Of a stretch of DNA of 50,912 nucleotides, positions 9,106-18,994 are shown piece by piece. Position 1 is the stretch's first letter; each line of letters begins with the position of its first letter. This DNA comes from Sulfolobales archaeon (GTDB lineage: Archaea > Thermoproteota > Thermoprotei_A > Sulfolobales > AG1). The notes under the pieces are model-generated. The model saw nothing but the letters and a program-made list of their open reading frames with translations, had not been told where the DNA came from and made no database searches. The DNA lies in assembly GCA_038867615.1 (NCBI GenBank), contig JAWBYA010000008.1, forward strand, positions 1 to 50,912, read 5' to 3'. The translations under genes and the position numbers were made by a program.

Positions 9106-10594
9106 CCCTATGTGTCATGATCAGATTTATAGCCTCTACGATAGCTTCCGCAACAGCCCAGTGTGGATCTGGCTTTATAGAGCTTGCAGCGGCCTGGACG
9201 CCGTTCCGTGTCTCTAGGGTTACTGTCGCCTCAACTCCTATCTTTCCATCGATCTGTACGATTCCAAGAGAGTAATCCTTGATCTTCATGTTCTCTAGAG
9301 AGGTGATCTTCTCCATAGCATTAACTATGGAATCAACACCCCCCATACCCTTACCATACAACTCATATATATTGCCTCCTATAGATATCCTAATAATGGC
9401 TCCTACACCCATTCTATTGCTCGTTACACTCACCTCCAAGAGCTCTGCAACGCGATTATCACCGGATCTTTGCCCGAGGATTTCTTTAACCACCTCTACA
9501 AGATCCTTATCAGTAACCCTTCTACCCATATCGCCGAGATTCTTGATCCTCTCAACGACAAGCTTTAGCTGCTCATCAGAAACCTTGAAGCCTAGCTCCT
9601 CAAGCCTAGCCCTGATCCCATGGGATCCGGCGTGCTTGCCAACAGCAAGCCATCTCCTCGCACCAACAAGCTCGGGCGGGAAGGGCTCGTATGTCGCGGG
9701 GTTCCTCAATATCCCGTGGGTATGTATACCGCTCTCATGCCCAAACGCGTTTCTACCAACAATAGCCTTGTTAGGCTGAACCGGAACCCTGGTTAGTTTC
9801 GAGACAAGTCTTGAGACCTCAACAAGCTTCTCTGTCCTTATGCCGAGCTCATAGCCATAGAGGATCTTTAGAGCCATTACCACCTCCTCTAGGCTTGCAT
9901 TACCAGCCCTCTCGCCAATCCCGTTGATTGTTACGTGGGCCTGTCTAGCACCGGCCAGGATCCCTGCTATGCTGTTTGCTGTCGCCAAGCCGAAGTCGTC
10001 GTGGCAGTGGACACTAACTATCTTTCCCCTCGAAACACTAACGATCTCTCTAACAAGCCTAGCAATATACTCAGGAGTAGCTGTACCAACAGTATCGGGG
10101 ATATCTAGGTAATGCGCGCCTGCCTCAGCAACAGCTGAGTATATCTGTTTCAGAAACTCAGGATCGCTTCTCGTAGCATCCTCGGCGGAGAATTCGATCT
10201 CAACACCGTGGGATTTTAGATAATCAACAGATTCCACAGCCCTTCTAAGAGCCTCTTCGCGGGTGATTCCAAGCTTGTACTTTAGATGGAGATCCGATGT
10301 AGCTATAAATACATGAACCCTGTCAACATCCGCATCAAGGGCTAGCTCTATATCCTTATTATTAGTCCTAGCAAGGGCACAGATCTTTGCACTCAAGCCA
10401 AGGCCAGAGATCTTCTTTACCGCCTCAAACTCACCCTTGCTAGTGATCGGGAATCCAGCTTCTATTACATCAACACCAAGTTCGTCGAGAGCCCTGGCTA
10501 TCTCGATCTTCTCATTAACTGTGAGAGCTACGCCTGGGGTTTGCTCACCATCACGGAGGGTTGTATCGAATATATATACTCTTCTCGAAGCCTA
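9098..10594 (-). CDS. leuA: 2-isopropylmalate synthase; expected start codon position is occupied by TAG (possible pseudogene or sequence error)
   Basis: Frame extends 66 codons upstream of track start: (TAG)ASRRVYIFDTTLRDGEQTPG...; HCHDD, GIGERAGN, HESGIH; C-terminal regulatory domain. Confidence 0.88.
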
Positions 10595-10849
10595 GCCCAC
10601 CACCTCGGAGATTTGTCACATCTAATTGGTTATCAGGGTATATAAACCTTATCTAGTAGTTCTGCCCTAGCTATTTATAAAACAATCATTAACGCCATTT
10701 GCCTATACGGCTCACGGTATGCCTGTTGGGTGGTGAATGCTATATATTATGGGTCTTCTGATGATCTCTTAGGAAATGGGTTTTGGAGACTGTTAACCAG
10801 CAGGATAATGCTAACCTCTTTTAAACCGTATGAATACTAGAGGATAGAT

Positions 10850-11719
10850 ATGAGGAATAAAGACGCCATGATACCTACTGTAAGGATAATCTCCTACACA
10901 CAGGATGGTGAAAAGCTCGTAGCAGCCTCTTCTAAGAGGTCTCTCTCGTCTAAAGATGTCTCGGAGATCTTTGAGAGGATGGATGATGAGGAAGTAGAGG
11001 TATGGATCAGGGAGACGCTTAAGAGAGGACATCTAAGCCCCTGGGAGCATTGCATCTATACATTTGAGGTTATATGCTCAAGGGTATGTTCCCACCAGCT
11101 GGTGAGGCACAGGATAGCGAGCTACACACAGCTTAGCCAGAGGTATAATGAGAGACTGCTCGAGCCCAGGGAAACTAAATATTGGTTAGAGATCTCGGAA
11201 AGGGTGTTGAGCGGTGATAAAGAGGCTTTTGCAGAGGTTGGAAGGGCTTTCTATCTGGGGGATCCTGACTGGCCAGAGGATCTGAGGATCAGGATGGCCT
11301 CCGAATATGCAAGATCTGTTGCAAAGTATTGGGAGCTTAGGGAAAAAGGCCTCTCTAGGGAAGATGCTAGATATATACTCCCACAGGCTGTAGCAACAAA
11401 AATAATTGTGACGATGAATGCAAGAGAGATCCTTCACTTCCTAGGGCTGAGGATGTGTACACATGCACAGACAGAGATAAGGATTGTTGCGTGGAAGCTT
11501 AGGAACGAGCTGGTGAGAATACATCCTAGGCTCTTCAAATACGCCGGTCCATACTGCCTCCTGGATAATAATCTGGTCTCGAAGGAACCTTTATCTCTTG
11601 AAGATGTTGTTGAAGGTAGAACTACTGTCTCTATAGATAGGTGTAGAGAACTAATACCAAGGGAGGGGATCAGGAACTGTATTCTCAGCAGTCTAAAGCT
11701 ATACCTCTCAGCTTTATAG
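10850..11719 (+). CDS. thyX: Flavin-dependent thymidylate synthase
   Basis: GHLSPWEH, RHRIASYTQLSQRY, EDARYILP, HAQTEIR. Confidence 0.95.
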   Translation: MRNKDAMIPTVRIISYTQDGEKLVAASSKRSLSSKDVSEIFERMDDEEVEVWIRETLKRGHLSPWEHCIYTFEVICSRVCSHQLVRHRIASYTQLSQRYNERLLEPRETKYWLEISERVLSGDKEAFAEVGRAFYLGDPDWPEDLRIRMASEYARSVAKYWELREKGLSREDARYILPQAVATKIIVTMNAREILHFLGLRMCTHAQTEIRIVAWKLRNELVRIHPRLFKYAGPYCLLDNNLVSKEPLSLEDVVEGRTTVSIDRCRELIPREGIRNCILSSLKLYLSAL

Positions 11720-11783
11720 GATCCCAATTAATATATTTATATATTGTCGCGTGACTATGATCTGAGGTAGTGTGTATAGATAA

Positions 11784-12842
11784 ATGATGATGGAGAGGCC
11801 AGGTGGAGGGAGCCGTGTTATTAATAGTATAGGCGGTGATGCATATGGTATTGTCAGGGTTGATAAGCCCCTACCATTGATCGGGCATATAGCGTTCGGC
11901 ATAATAGATAGGGGGACTAATCTGTTACAGGTCAGGCCCTATAGTGCGTGTCATCTATCATGTATATTCTGCTCTGTTGATGCTGGCCCCAATACCAGGA
12001 CAAGGATCTCTGATTTTATAGTTGATGTTGACTATATGGTTGAGTGGGTATGGTATGTTGTTTCCCACAAGATCTCGAGGAAGATCCATATACTTATAGA
12101 TGGTGTTGGAGAACCCCTTCTACACCCAGAGATAGATAAGCTTATAGCAGATCTGAGGGAGAGTGAGAGGATCGGTGTAATAGCTGCCGAGACCCATGGA
12201 TCTGTGTTAAATGAGAACATGGTTAGAAGGCTATACGAGGCCGGGATCTCGAGGCTAAATATATCTATAGATAGCCTCGATCCTGAGAAAGCCTCTGTGC
12301 TGGCTGGTGCTGAGTGGTATAACATTGAAAGGGTTGCTGAGATGGCTCTCTACGCAAACTCCATGGGTATTGATGTGATGATAACCCCCGTATGGATCCC
12401 GGGTGTTAATGATAGGGATATCGAGGAGATAGTTCTCTGGGCTAAGAGTAATATAAAGAATAGATCTTCACCGATCCTCGGTATCCAGAAGTACGTTATC
12501 CACAGAAGGGGGAGAAAGATCCCCGGAGTCGCTGAACCAAGCTGGGATAGTTTCTACAACTTCCTAGAAACCCTCGAGAAGAGGACAGGGGTTAAGCTCA
12601 GACTCTCACCCGAGGACCTCGGGGTTAGACCTGATATAAGTATCCCAAAACCGATAAGGGTTGGCAATAAGGTTGCAGTGAAGATCTATTCGAAAGGATG
12701 GCTCAAAGGAGAGGTTATAGGCTATGCTAAGGGCAGAGTAGTAACGATCGTTGGCCTCGATGATATCAACGAGGGAGCAGAGATTCTGGTCAAGATAATA
12801 AGTGATAAGGATAACATATACCTCGCAAGACCCGCTCAATGA
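11784..12842 (+). CDS. Radical SAM protein with C-terminal TRAM-like domain (uncharacterised archaeal family; start uncertain)
   Basis: PLIGHIAFGIIDRGTN, CHLSCIFC, GVGEP; beta-rich C-terminus ending KDNIYLA. Confidence 0.85.
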   Translation: MMMERPGGGSRVINSIGGDAYGIVRVDKPLPLIGHIAFGIIDRGTNLLQVRPYSACHLSCIFCSVDAGPNTRTRISDFIVDVDYMVEWVWYVVSHKISRKIHILIDGVGEPLLHPEIDKLIADLRESERIGVIAAETHGSVLNENMVRRLYEAGISRLNISIDSLDPEKASVLAGAEWYNIERVAEMALYANSMGIDVMITPVWIPGVNDRDIEEIVLWAKSNIKNRSSPILGIQKYVIHRRGRKIPGVAEPSWDSFYNFLETLEKRTGVKLRLSPEDLGVRPDISIPKPIRVGNKVAVKIYSKGWLKGEVIGYAKGRVVTIVGLDDINEGAEILVKIISDKDNIYLARPAQ

Positions 12843-12852
12843 GGCGATTATA

Positions 12853-13821
12853 TTGGCTAAGTGCGTGACAAAGAGCGTTTCGAGGCTGCATATAACATTA
12901 ATAGATATCATCGGAAGGCTGGGAAGGATTGATGGTGGTGCAGGAGTCACGTTAAGCGAGCCTAGCTTTGTTGTTAGCGCACAGATCCTAGATCGTGGTG
13001 GTATAGAGTTTTCAGGTAGTATTGAGTATAGAGATATAGCTATTACATGTGCCAATAGATATCTCTCAAGAGCCTGCAGATCCTGTGGTGCAAGGATAGA
13101 GGTTATAAAGGGTTACGAACTCCACATAGGCTTGGGCGGAGTGACACAGCTATGTCTATCTATTGCTAAATCTCTCTCAGCCTCTATGGGTTTTGATGAG
13201 GATCCCGTAGAGCTGGCAAGGATCGTTGGGCGTGGAGGCACTTCAGGAATAGGTACCTATGGCTTCAAGCTGGGAGGCTTTATCGTCGACGCTGGTCATA
13301 GCTATCCAGCTGAGAAACAGCTTATAGGCTCTTCTGACCATGTTGAGGCACCGCCCCCGCCTCTGATCACTAGGATTGAGATCCCTGAGAACTGGCGCTT
13401 TGTTTTGGTGAGACACTTAGGGGCTAGGAAGATCTATGGGGATCTTGAGAAAAGGATCTTTGAGGAGGGAAGGAAGATGCCTGTGGAGGATGTGTGGATG
13501 GTATCCCACATACTCCTAATGGGGCTGATCCCTTCTGTAAAGATAGGGGATATCGAGTTATTCAAGAGATCTATTGGAATGATCCAGGAGGTGGGGTTTA
13601 AGAAAATCGAGTGGCTCTACCAAGATGAGAGCGTGTGGAGCATAAGGAAAAAGCTATTATTTAAGGGCATAGAGCACGGGCTCAGCAGCATGGGTCCAAC
13701 GATATACATACCATGTCGTGAAGACGAATGTGAAGAGATCTCCAGCTATATTTCAAATGAGAAAGGCATTAGCTTAGACATAGTAAAGGGGAGTAACCGG
13801 GGGGCGGAAACGATCTGTTAG
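12853..13821 (+). CDS. Beta-ribofuranosylaminobenzene 5'-phosphate (RFAP) synthase family, GHMP fold
   Basis: SRLHITLID, GRIDGGAG, HIGLGGVTQL, GRGGTSGIG, GGFIVDAGH, SSMGPT; TTG at 12853 after GAGG. Confidence 0.85.
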   Translation: MAKCVTKSVSRLHITLIDIIGRLGRIDGGAGVTLSEPSFVVSAQILDRGGIEFSGSIEYRDIAITCANRYLSRACRSCGARIEVIKGYELHIGLGGVTQLCLSIAKSLSASMGFDEDPVELARIVGRGGTSGIGTYGFKLGGFIVDAGHSYPAEKQLIGSSDHVEAPPPPLITRIEIPENWRFVLVRHLGARKIYGDLEKRIFEEGRKMPVEDVWMVSHILLMGLIPSVKIGDIELFKRSIGMIQEVGFKKIEWLYQDESVWSIRKKLLFKGIEHGLSSMGPTIYIPCREDECEEISSYISNEKGISLDIVKGSNRGAETIC

Positions 13822-13846
13822 GAGTCTTTCGCATGCTTTAAGATGA

Positions 13847-15025
13847 CTACTTGAGCATGCTTTCTAATGATCTGTATGAGGCGATATTTCTTCTAAGGAT
13901 TTGAGCAAGCTTTTGAGCATCCATCCTATCGTCTATCGATCTTGCTATGTTGTTGAAGCCGCACCTCTCCTCCAGGGCTCTGAGTACTCTGTCAACCCGC
14001 ACACCAAGAGATCTCTTAACAAGCTCATCTCTACCCTCATCAACAAGCTCGTATAGTGATGTATTGTCTGGTAGTCCGAGCACTTCTAGAGCAGCTTTCC
14101 TTGCACATTCGTGAATCTTTATTGAGACTCTTGCTACATCGAGCTGCCATTGTTCTCCTTTCCATTCTAGCCCGGCCTCTTTAACGGCTTTTAAGGGTCT
14201 TCCGAATTGATCTCGTATGAATGCTCCGAGTCCGAGCTTTCTTGTTTTATAGACCATGTAGTTGAGTAAGGCTGAGTAGTAGTAGGCGGCATCCATGTTA
14301 TGCGTGATCATATATGATACATGGTGGTCTATTACTATCCCGCCCCCACTTTCACACGCACCCCTTATGACCTGTGGTTCTAGGACTGATGATGCGAATG
14401 TTCTTGAACCTCTATAGAGTACTAGATAGGTTTTATGATCCCTATCGCAGGGTATGTCAGGCTTAGGTGGTACTTTAAGGATTGATAGAGTGTTCGCTAG
14501 GGCTTCTCTATTTGATGTGTAGAGCTTTTCCAAGAGATCTCTAGATGTCTTGGTACCGCCTGGGCTGTAGAAGATCTTGAATAGTCTTACTATTGTGAAT
14601 GGGTATAGGGATCCTCTGGCTAAATACCAGGCCATGTGATCCCTTATATTTCTTACCCTGATCTCTACCATGGAGAACGTGTGGGTGTTTGTGTCTTTTA
14701 TTAACTTTCTCAAACTAAGGGGTCTTGCAATATAGCTATTATTGTTACTCTCATAGCTTGTTATGGTGAAAGCTAGGGGGATTATGGGTCTGTTCGTAGA
14801 GATCCTGCCGCCCGTGAATATGGGGGAGACCTCGGATCCTTCCAACCTGATCAGATCGATTCCTTCAAGCGTTATTGTACCCAGGGAGAAGTACTCCATA
14901 ATACTGCTAACATGATCCTTAAGAGTTATGGGTAGAAGCCTCACCTCAACAGAACCTGGTTCTAGCGATGAATCATCATCTAGTTTTCTAAGAAGCCTCA
15001 CAACCCCACATAGAATTTTACTCAA
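13847..15025 (-). CDS. Probable target-recognition/specificity partner of the upstream methyltransferase
   Basis: Overlaps MTase stop; own SD GGGGTG 6 nt before TTG 15025; VLYRG...IVIDHHVSY...AYYYSALLN resembles TaqI/Eco57I-type C-terminal TRD. Confidence 0.6.
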   Translation of the reverse strand: MSKILCGVVRLLRKLDDDSSLEPGSVEVRLLPITLKDHVSSIMEYFSLGTITLEGIDLIRLEGSEVSPIFTGGRISTNRPIIPLAFTITSYESNNNSYIARPLSLRKLIKDTNTHTFSMVEIRVRNIRDHMAWYLARGSLYPFTIVRLFKIFYSPGGTKTSRDLLEKLYTSNREALANTLSILKVPPKPDIPCDRDHKTYLVLYRGSRTFASSVLEPQVIRGACESGGGIVIDHHVSYMITHNMDAAYYYSALLNYMVYKTRKLGLGAFIRDQFGRPLKAVKEAGLEWKGEQWQLDVARVSIKIHECARKAALEVLGLPDNTSLYELVDEGRDELVKRSLGVRVDRVLRALEERCGFNNIARSIDDRMDAQKLAQILRRNIASYRSLESMLK

Positions 15026-16571
15026 AAGCCCCACCCCTTCTCACAATAGCTATAGATGCATGAACACCATGCCTAAATACATCGCCTAGATATAGTATTT
15101 CACCCTCACAGCCCCATTTCTCAAGAACCGTGTATGTTAGCAGCTTGCCAGCCCCATGGGGTGTCATAGAACCACTATAGCTCTGCCCAGCCGGTAGCAC
15201 TATACCCACATAGCCTTGATCCTTGACAAACCCTAGCATGAGGTCGAGAAAAACAGCTGAGAGATCCCCCTTCTGGATGGCTTGCCTTGGTAATCCGTAT
15301 TTTCCAATATATTCCGATCTAACATATTTCCTAACAGCATTGCCCCACACATTCCTAGGAAGCTCGTTTATCTCAAGCCATGGAGGATTCGTGACTGCGA
15401 TTCCAAGCTTATGTATGTTTAAGGCTTTTAGAACGCCTCCTAAGATTGCTGACGACAAGATCAGGATTCCCAAGCTCTTGCCATGTTTTTTAATAGTATA
15501 TATGAGATCGTTATACAGCTCCTTAGATAGGGATTTACGTATTTCATCACAGATTTTGGTTGCAACTAGATCTGTAGAGTCACATGTGATCGAATCTCCA
15601 CCAGAATCTTGGTATTGTAGATTATTTAGTAGATCTATGATAGCATTGTGTATACTTGAAATATTTTTTACCAGATTGTACTTGCTCCCCCTATTTCCCA
15701 CGATTTTCGTAACGCTTTTGACTACTGCATTAAGGAAGCCTCTGTATAGATCACTAGGGATCTCTGGATAACGATCGGCAAGACTGAAACCGATGAAATC
15801 CCCCCAAAGTATTGCTGGCGTGCCGGGCGGATCCCTACCTGCTAGAAGCTTATAAGCTATTAAGAGTCTAGCTCTAGCAATGGCTACTGCTAGTGGATTT
15901 ATATCTAGCCCTAGGATCTCATAGTAAGCTTTTGAAGAATCGATGCCTAAAGCGATCTTTTTGCGCAATGCTTGTACTAAAAACCTGCCGCTCCCGCACG
16001 AGGGATCCAGGATTGATTCATAAGCCAAACGTGCCTCGATGGCTTCGAGCCTCTCAAATACGAGCTCAACAACCCATCGCGGGGTATAATATTCACCGGA
16101 GCTGTACCTCAATACTCTGCCAACCAGTTCCTCATATAGTCTGCTTATAGGATCCCCTTCCAAGAGGTCTTCACGGTCAAGCGAATTAGCATAAGATATC
16201 GCCTCTAGACAAGCTCCTAAGATCTTTTTACCATTACTCCCCGTGACATGATCCTTCCACCATAGGAGTTGGGGTATGGATACACCGTAGCCCTTAATCG
16301 AGTCGCCTGAGCATATTCTAACGGGATCCCCGACTTTGTTAAGGCTTAGGGCAACAAGCGAGTTCACATACATCTGGATAATCGTATGGATCGAGAATAG
16401 ACTAAGAAGCTCATGCTCGCTAAGTCCCCTGTGCATATGTGAGAAGAAGCTGCTATAGAGAGCATAGGGTTTACTTTTTATGATATCGAGTTCCTCTGCG
16501 ATGTCAATAAGATCTTTAACTCTTCTCAAGCTAGCAGCATGCCTGGCTCTATTGTTTTCCTTACTCATCAC
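15018..16571 (-). CDS. N6-adenine DNA methyltransferase (type IIG/Eco57I-like, gamma order), no nuclease domain evident
   Basis: GEYYTP, ILDPSCGSGRF (motif I), GLDINP, TNPPW (motif IV), GYVGIVLP. Confidence 0.88.
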   Translation of the reverse strand: MMSKENNRARHAASLRRVKDLIDIAEELDIIKSKPYALYSSFFSHMHRGLSEHELLSLFSIHTIIQMYVNSLVALSLNKVGDPVRICSGDSIKGYGVSIPQLLWWKDHVTGSNGKKILGACLEAISYANSLDREDLLEGDPISRLYEELVGRVLRYSSGEYYTPRWVVELVFERLEAIEARLAYESILDPSCGSGRFLVQALRKKIALGIDSSKAYYEILGLDINPLAVAIARARLLIAYKLLAGRDPPGTPAILWGDFIGFSLADRYPEIPSDLYRGFLNAVVKSVTKIVGNRGSKYNLVKNISSIHNAIIDLLNNLQYQDSGGDSITCDSTDLVATKICDEIRKSLSKELYNDLIYTIKKHGKSLGILILSSAILGGVLKALNIHKLGIAVTNPPWLEINELPRNVWGNAVRKYVRSEYIGKYGLPRQAIQKGDLSAVFLDLMLGFVKDQGYVGIVLPAGQSYSGSMTPHGAGKLLTYTVLEKWGCEGEILYLGDVFRHGVHASIAIVRRGGAFE

Positions 16572-16961
16572 ATAGAATACCTTGGAGGATTATTTATTTC
16601 CGTACGATAGGACAACAGATGTGTGGTGTGGGATATCTACACAGAGAGCATAGGGGCATAGGATCTACAAATACGGTCAACGATAATAGGATCCCGAATC
16701 ATTATTACAGACCTGTTTTCATAAGTATTATTCAAACCCGTGTTTCGGAGTTCTAATATTTCCTAATCTAGATCGTATGATTACACCTTTTCATTTAAGA
16801 ATTATAAGGAGGTTAGCAGATAGAGGCCCACATTGAGCAATGTTGTGCAGGAGTGTAAGAGGAGATCATAGGGGTGGTGTTTGATCTCACAGTAACACAT
16901 ATCCACTACTAGCTAATTTAGGTTTATTAGCCTTTTATATTGAGTTTTTCCTGGGGTTATT

Positions 16962-18992
16962 ATGAGGAGTACAAAAAATGAGAGGCATATAATCACATCG
17001 GTTATAGCTATAGCTATGGTAATAGTCTTCATAACCCAGATTCTCGTTTTCATATCAAATATATATACAGTATATGCCCAGGAACGAGGACCCTGTCCTA
17101 GATACGGGGGTACGCTGGTGATCGGGAGAACAGGTGATTCATCTACCCTTAACCCTCTATTAACTATAGATGATGACTCATTCATGGTTGCCAACCAGAT
17201 CTTTAGCTCACTTATAGAGAGAGCCTTTGTAGACGGTCAGCTGGGCTATAAAGGCGATCTAGCTGAGGAGTGGAATATCTCGGCCGATGGCAAGACCCTT
17301 TTCTTCAGGATAGTTAGGAACGCAACATGGCATGATGGTACACCACTAACGGCTCAAGATGTCAAGTTTACACTTGAGCTCTATCTGAAAGAACCCTTGC
17401 CCCAGTCCTCCTTCTTCAGAGTTATAGAGAGTGTTGATACACCGGATAATTACACCGTAATCATTAGGCTTAAGCAGCCATCCCCAACATTCATACCTCT
17501 TGCCCTAGCGTTCTGGAGGAATCACATGATAATACCGAAGCATCTTTATGAGGGTACCAATATAACCACAAACCCGTATAACCTCAAGCCTATAGGCTCG
17601 GGACCCTTTAGATTTGTCGAGTGGAAGAAAGGTGATTATATACTGCTTGAGAGGAATGAGAACTACTTCAAAGCAGGGCTCCCATGCCTAGACAGGATCA
17701 TAATTAAGCAGTTACCAAACACCGAGGCCATGCTAACAGCACTCTCCACGGGCGAGATAAGTGCTGTGACATTCGTACCAGAGACGAACCTAGACCAGGT
17801 TATGTCTATGCAGGGTGTGAAGACATTCCCAATATTCACTGGACTAGGGCTTGTAATATATATAGGTATTAACACACAGAAGTATCCGCTCAGCATAAAA
17901 GAGGTTAGGCAGGCTCTCAACTATGCAATAAATAGGGAGGAGTTGATAAAGCTAGCCCTGGGCGGTGTGGGAAGGGTTCAGAAAGGGATATTCTCGTCAG
18001 AGCTAGGGCCTTTCCACAACCCCGATGTTGGCTATGACTATGACCCTGATAAAGCCAACCAGATCCTAGACTCTCTCGGGTTTAAGAGAGGTCCCGACGG
18101 GATTAGAGTAACCCCCAACGGTACTAAGCTTAGCTTCAGGCTTTACTTCACAGCAGGGGATCTCGCGAGGATGAGGGCGTCAGAGATAGTGAAGGAACAG
18201 CTCAAGAAGATCGGGGTTGAGATAATACCCCAATCATATGACTCGCCAACACTTAGGGAGTTGTTAACCGTGAAATATGATTTCGATCTCACGTGGTTCG
18301 GCCATGCAACAGGCCCTGATCCAGATAGACTCTATGTATACTATCACGGGAGCGCTATACGACCCGGTAACTGGAACTACATTAGATATAACAACAGTGA
18401 GGTTAATAGACTCTGGGATCTATCAAGAGTCGCAATAGATCCCAACGAGAGGGCTAGGCTTTTCAGAGAGATCGAGAAGATAGTGATGGAAGACGCACCA
18501 GTAATCCCGATACAGGAGAGGGTGTTATATGCAGCACATAGAGAGGAGTTCCAAGGCTTCCCGCCAGGCCCCTACTGGTATGCTAATCATATGGAGAGAA
18601 TATGGTGGACAAAAGGGAGCATAAGATCTCCGTGGGAGGCTAAGCAAGCGATATTAAATGCCTCTGCAATGCTATCTGTTGTTCTTACAAGGCTTTCTCA
18701 GGACGAGGCCTCAAGGATAAGGTCGCTCATAAACCAGGCGAACGAAAGCTATAAGGCTGGTAACTACGATAAAGCATACGAGCTAGCATCACAGGCCCTA
18801 AGTCAGGCTATGAAGGCAACAGAGACTCCAACGCCACAGGTAACAGCGACCCAGACGCAAACCCAGACGATACAAAAGCCTGCTCAGCAGCAGCCGCAGG
18901 AGCGTCAGGACTATACGTTAGCCATCATAGCCATAGTTATTGTTGTGGTTGCGGCGGTGCTTGCATTCATAGCGATCAGAAGGAGAAGATAG
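16962..18992 (+). CDS. oppA: Peptide ABC transporter substrate-binding protein with T/Q-rich linker and C-terminal membrane anchor
   Basis: TWHDGTPLTAQDVKFT, PIGSGPF, VRQALNYAINR; TPTPQVTATQTQTQT, hydrophobic tail + RRRR. Confidence 0.9.
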   Translation: MRSTKNERHIITSVIAIAMVIVFITQILVFISNIYTVYAQERGPCPRYGGTLVIGRTGDSSTLNPLLTIDDDSFMVANQIFSSLIERAFVDGQLGYKGDLAEEWNISADGKTLFFRIVRNATWHDGTPLTAQDVKFTLELYLKEPLPQSSFFRVIESVDTPDNYTVIIRLKQPSPTFIPLALAFWRNHMIIPKHLYEGTNITTNPYNLKPIGSGPFRFVEWKKGDYILLERNENYFKAGLPCLDRIIIKQLPNTEAMLTALSTGEISAVTFVPETNLDQVMSMQGVKTFPIFTGLGLVIYIGINTQKYPLSIKEVRQALNYAINREELIKLALGGVGRVQKGIFSSELGPFHNPDVGYDYDPDKANQILDSLGFKRGPDGIRVTPNGTKLSFRLYFTAGDLARMRASEIVKEQLKKIGVEIIPQSYDSPTLRELLTVKYDFDLTWFGHATGPDPDRLYVYYHGSAIRPGNWNYIRYNNSEVNRLWDLSRVAIDPNERARLFREIEKIVMEDAPVIPIQERVLYAAHREEFQGFPPGPYWYANHMERIWWTKGSIRSPWEAKQAILNASAMLSVVLTRLSQDEASRIRSLINQANESYKAGNYDKAYELASQALSQAMKATETPTPQVTATQTQTQTIQKPAQQQPQERQDYTLAIIAIVIVVVAAVLAFIAIRRRR

Positions 18993-18994
18993 CT

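Noticed and set aside
6806-10112. Long plus-strand ORFs opposite leu genes, and similar antisense ORFs throughout the track
   Set aside because: Antisense shadows of well-supported genes, no motifs
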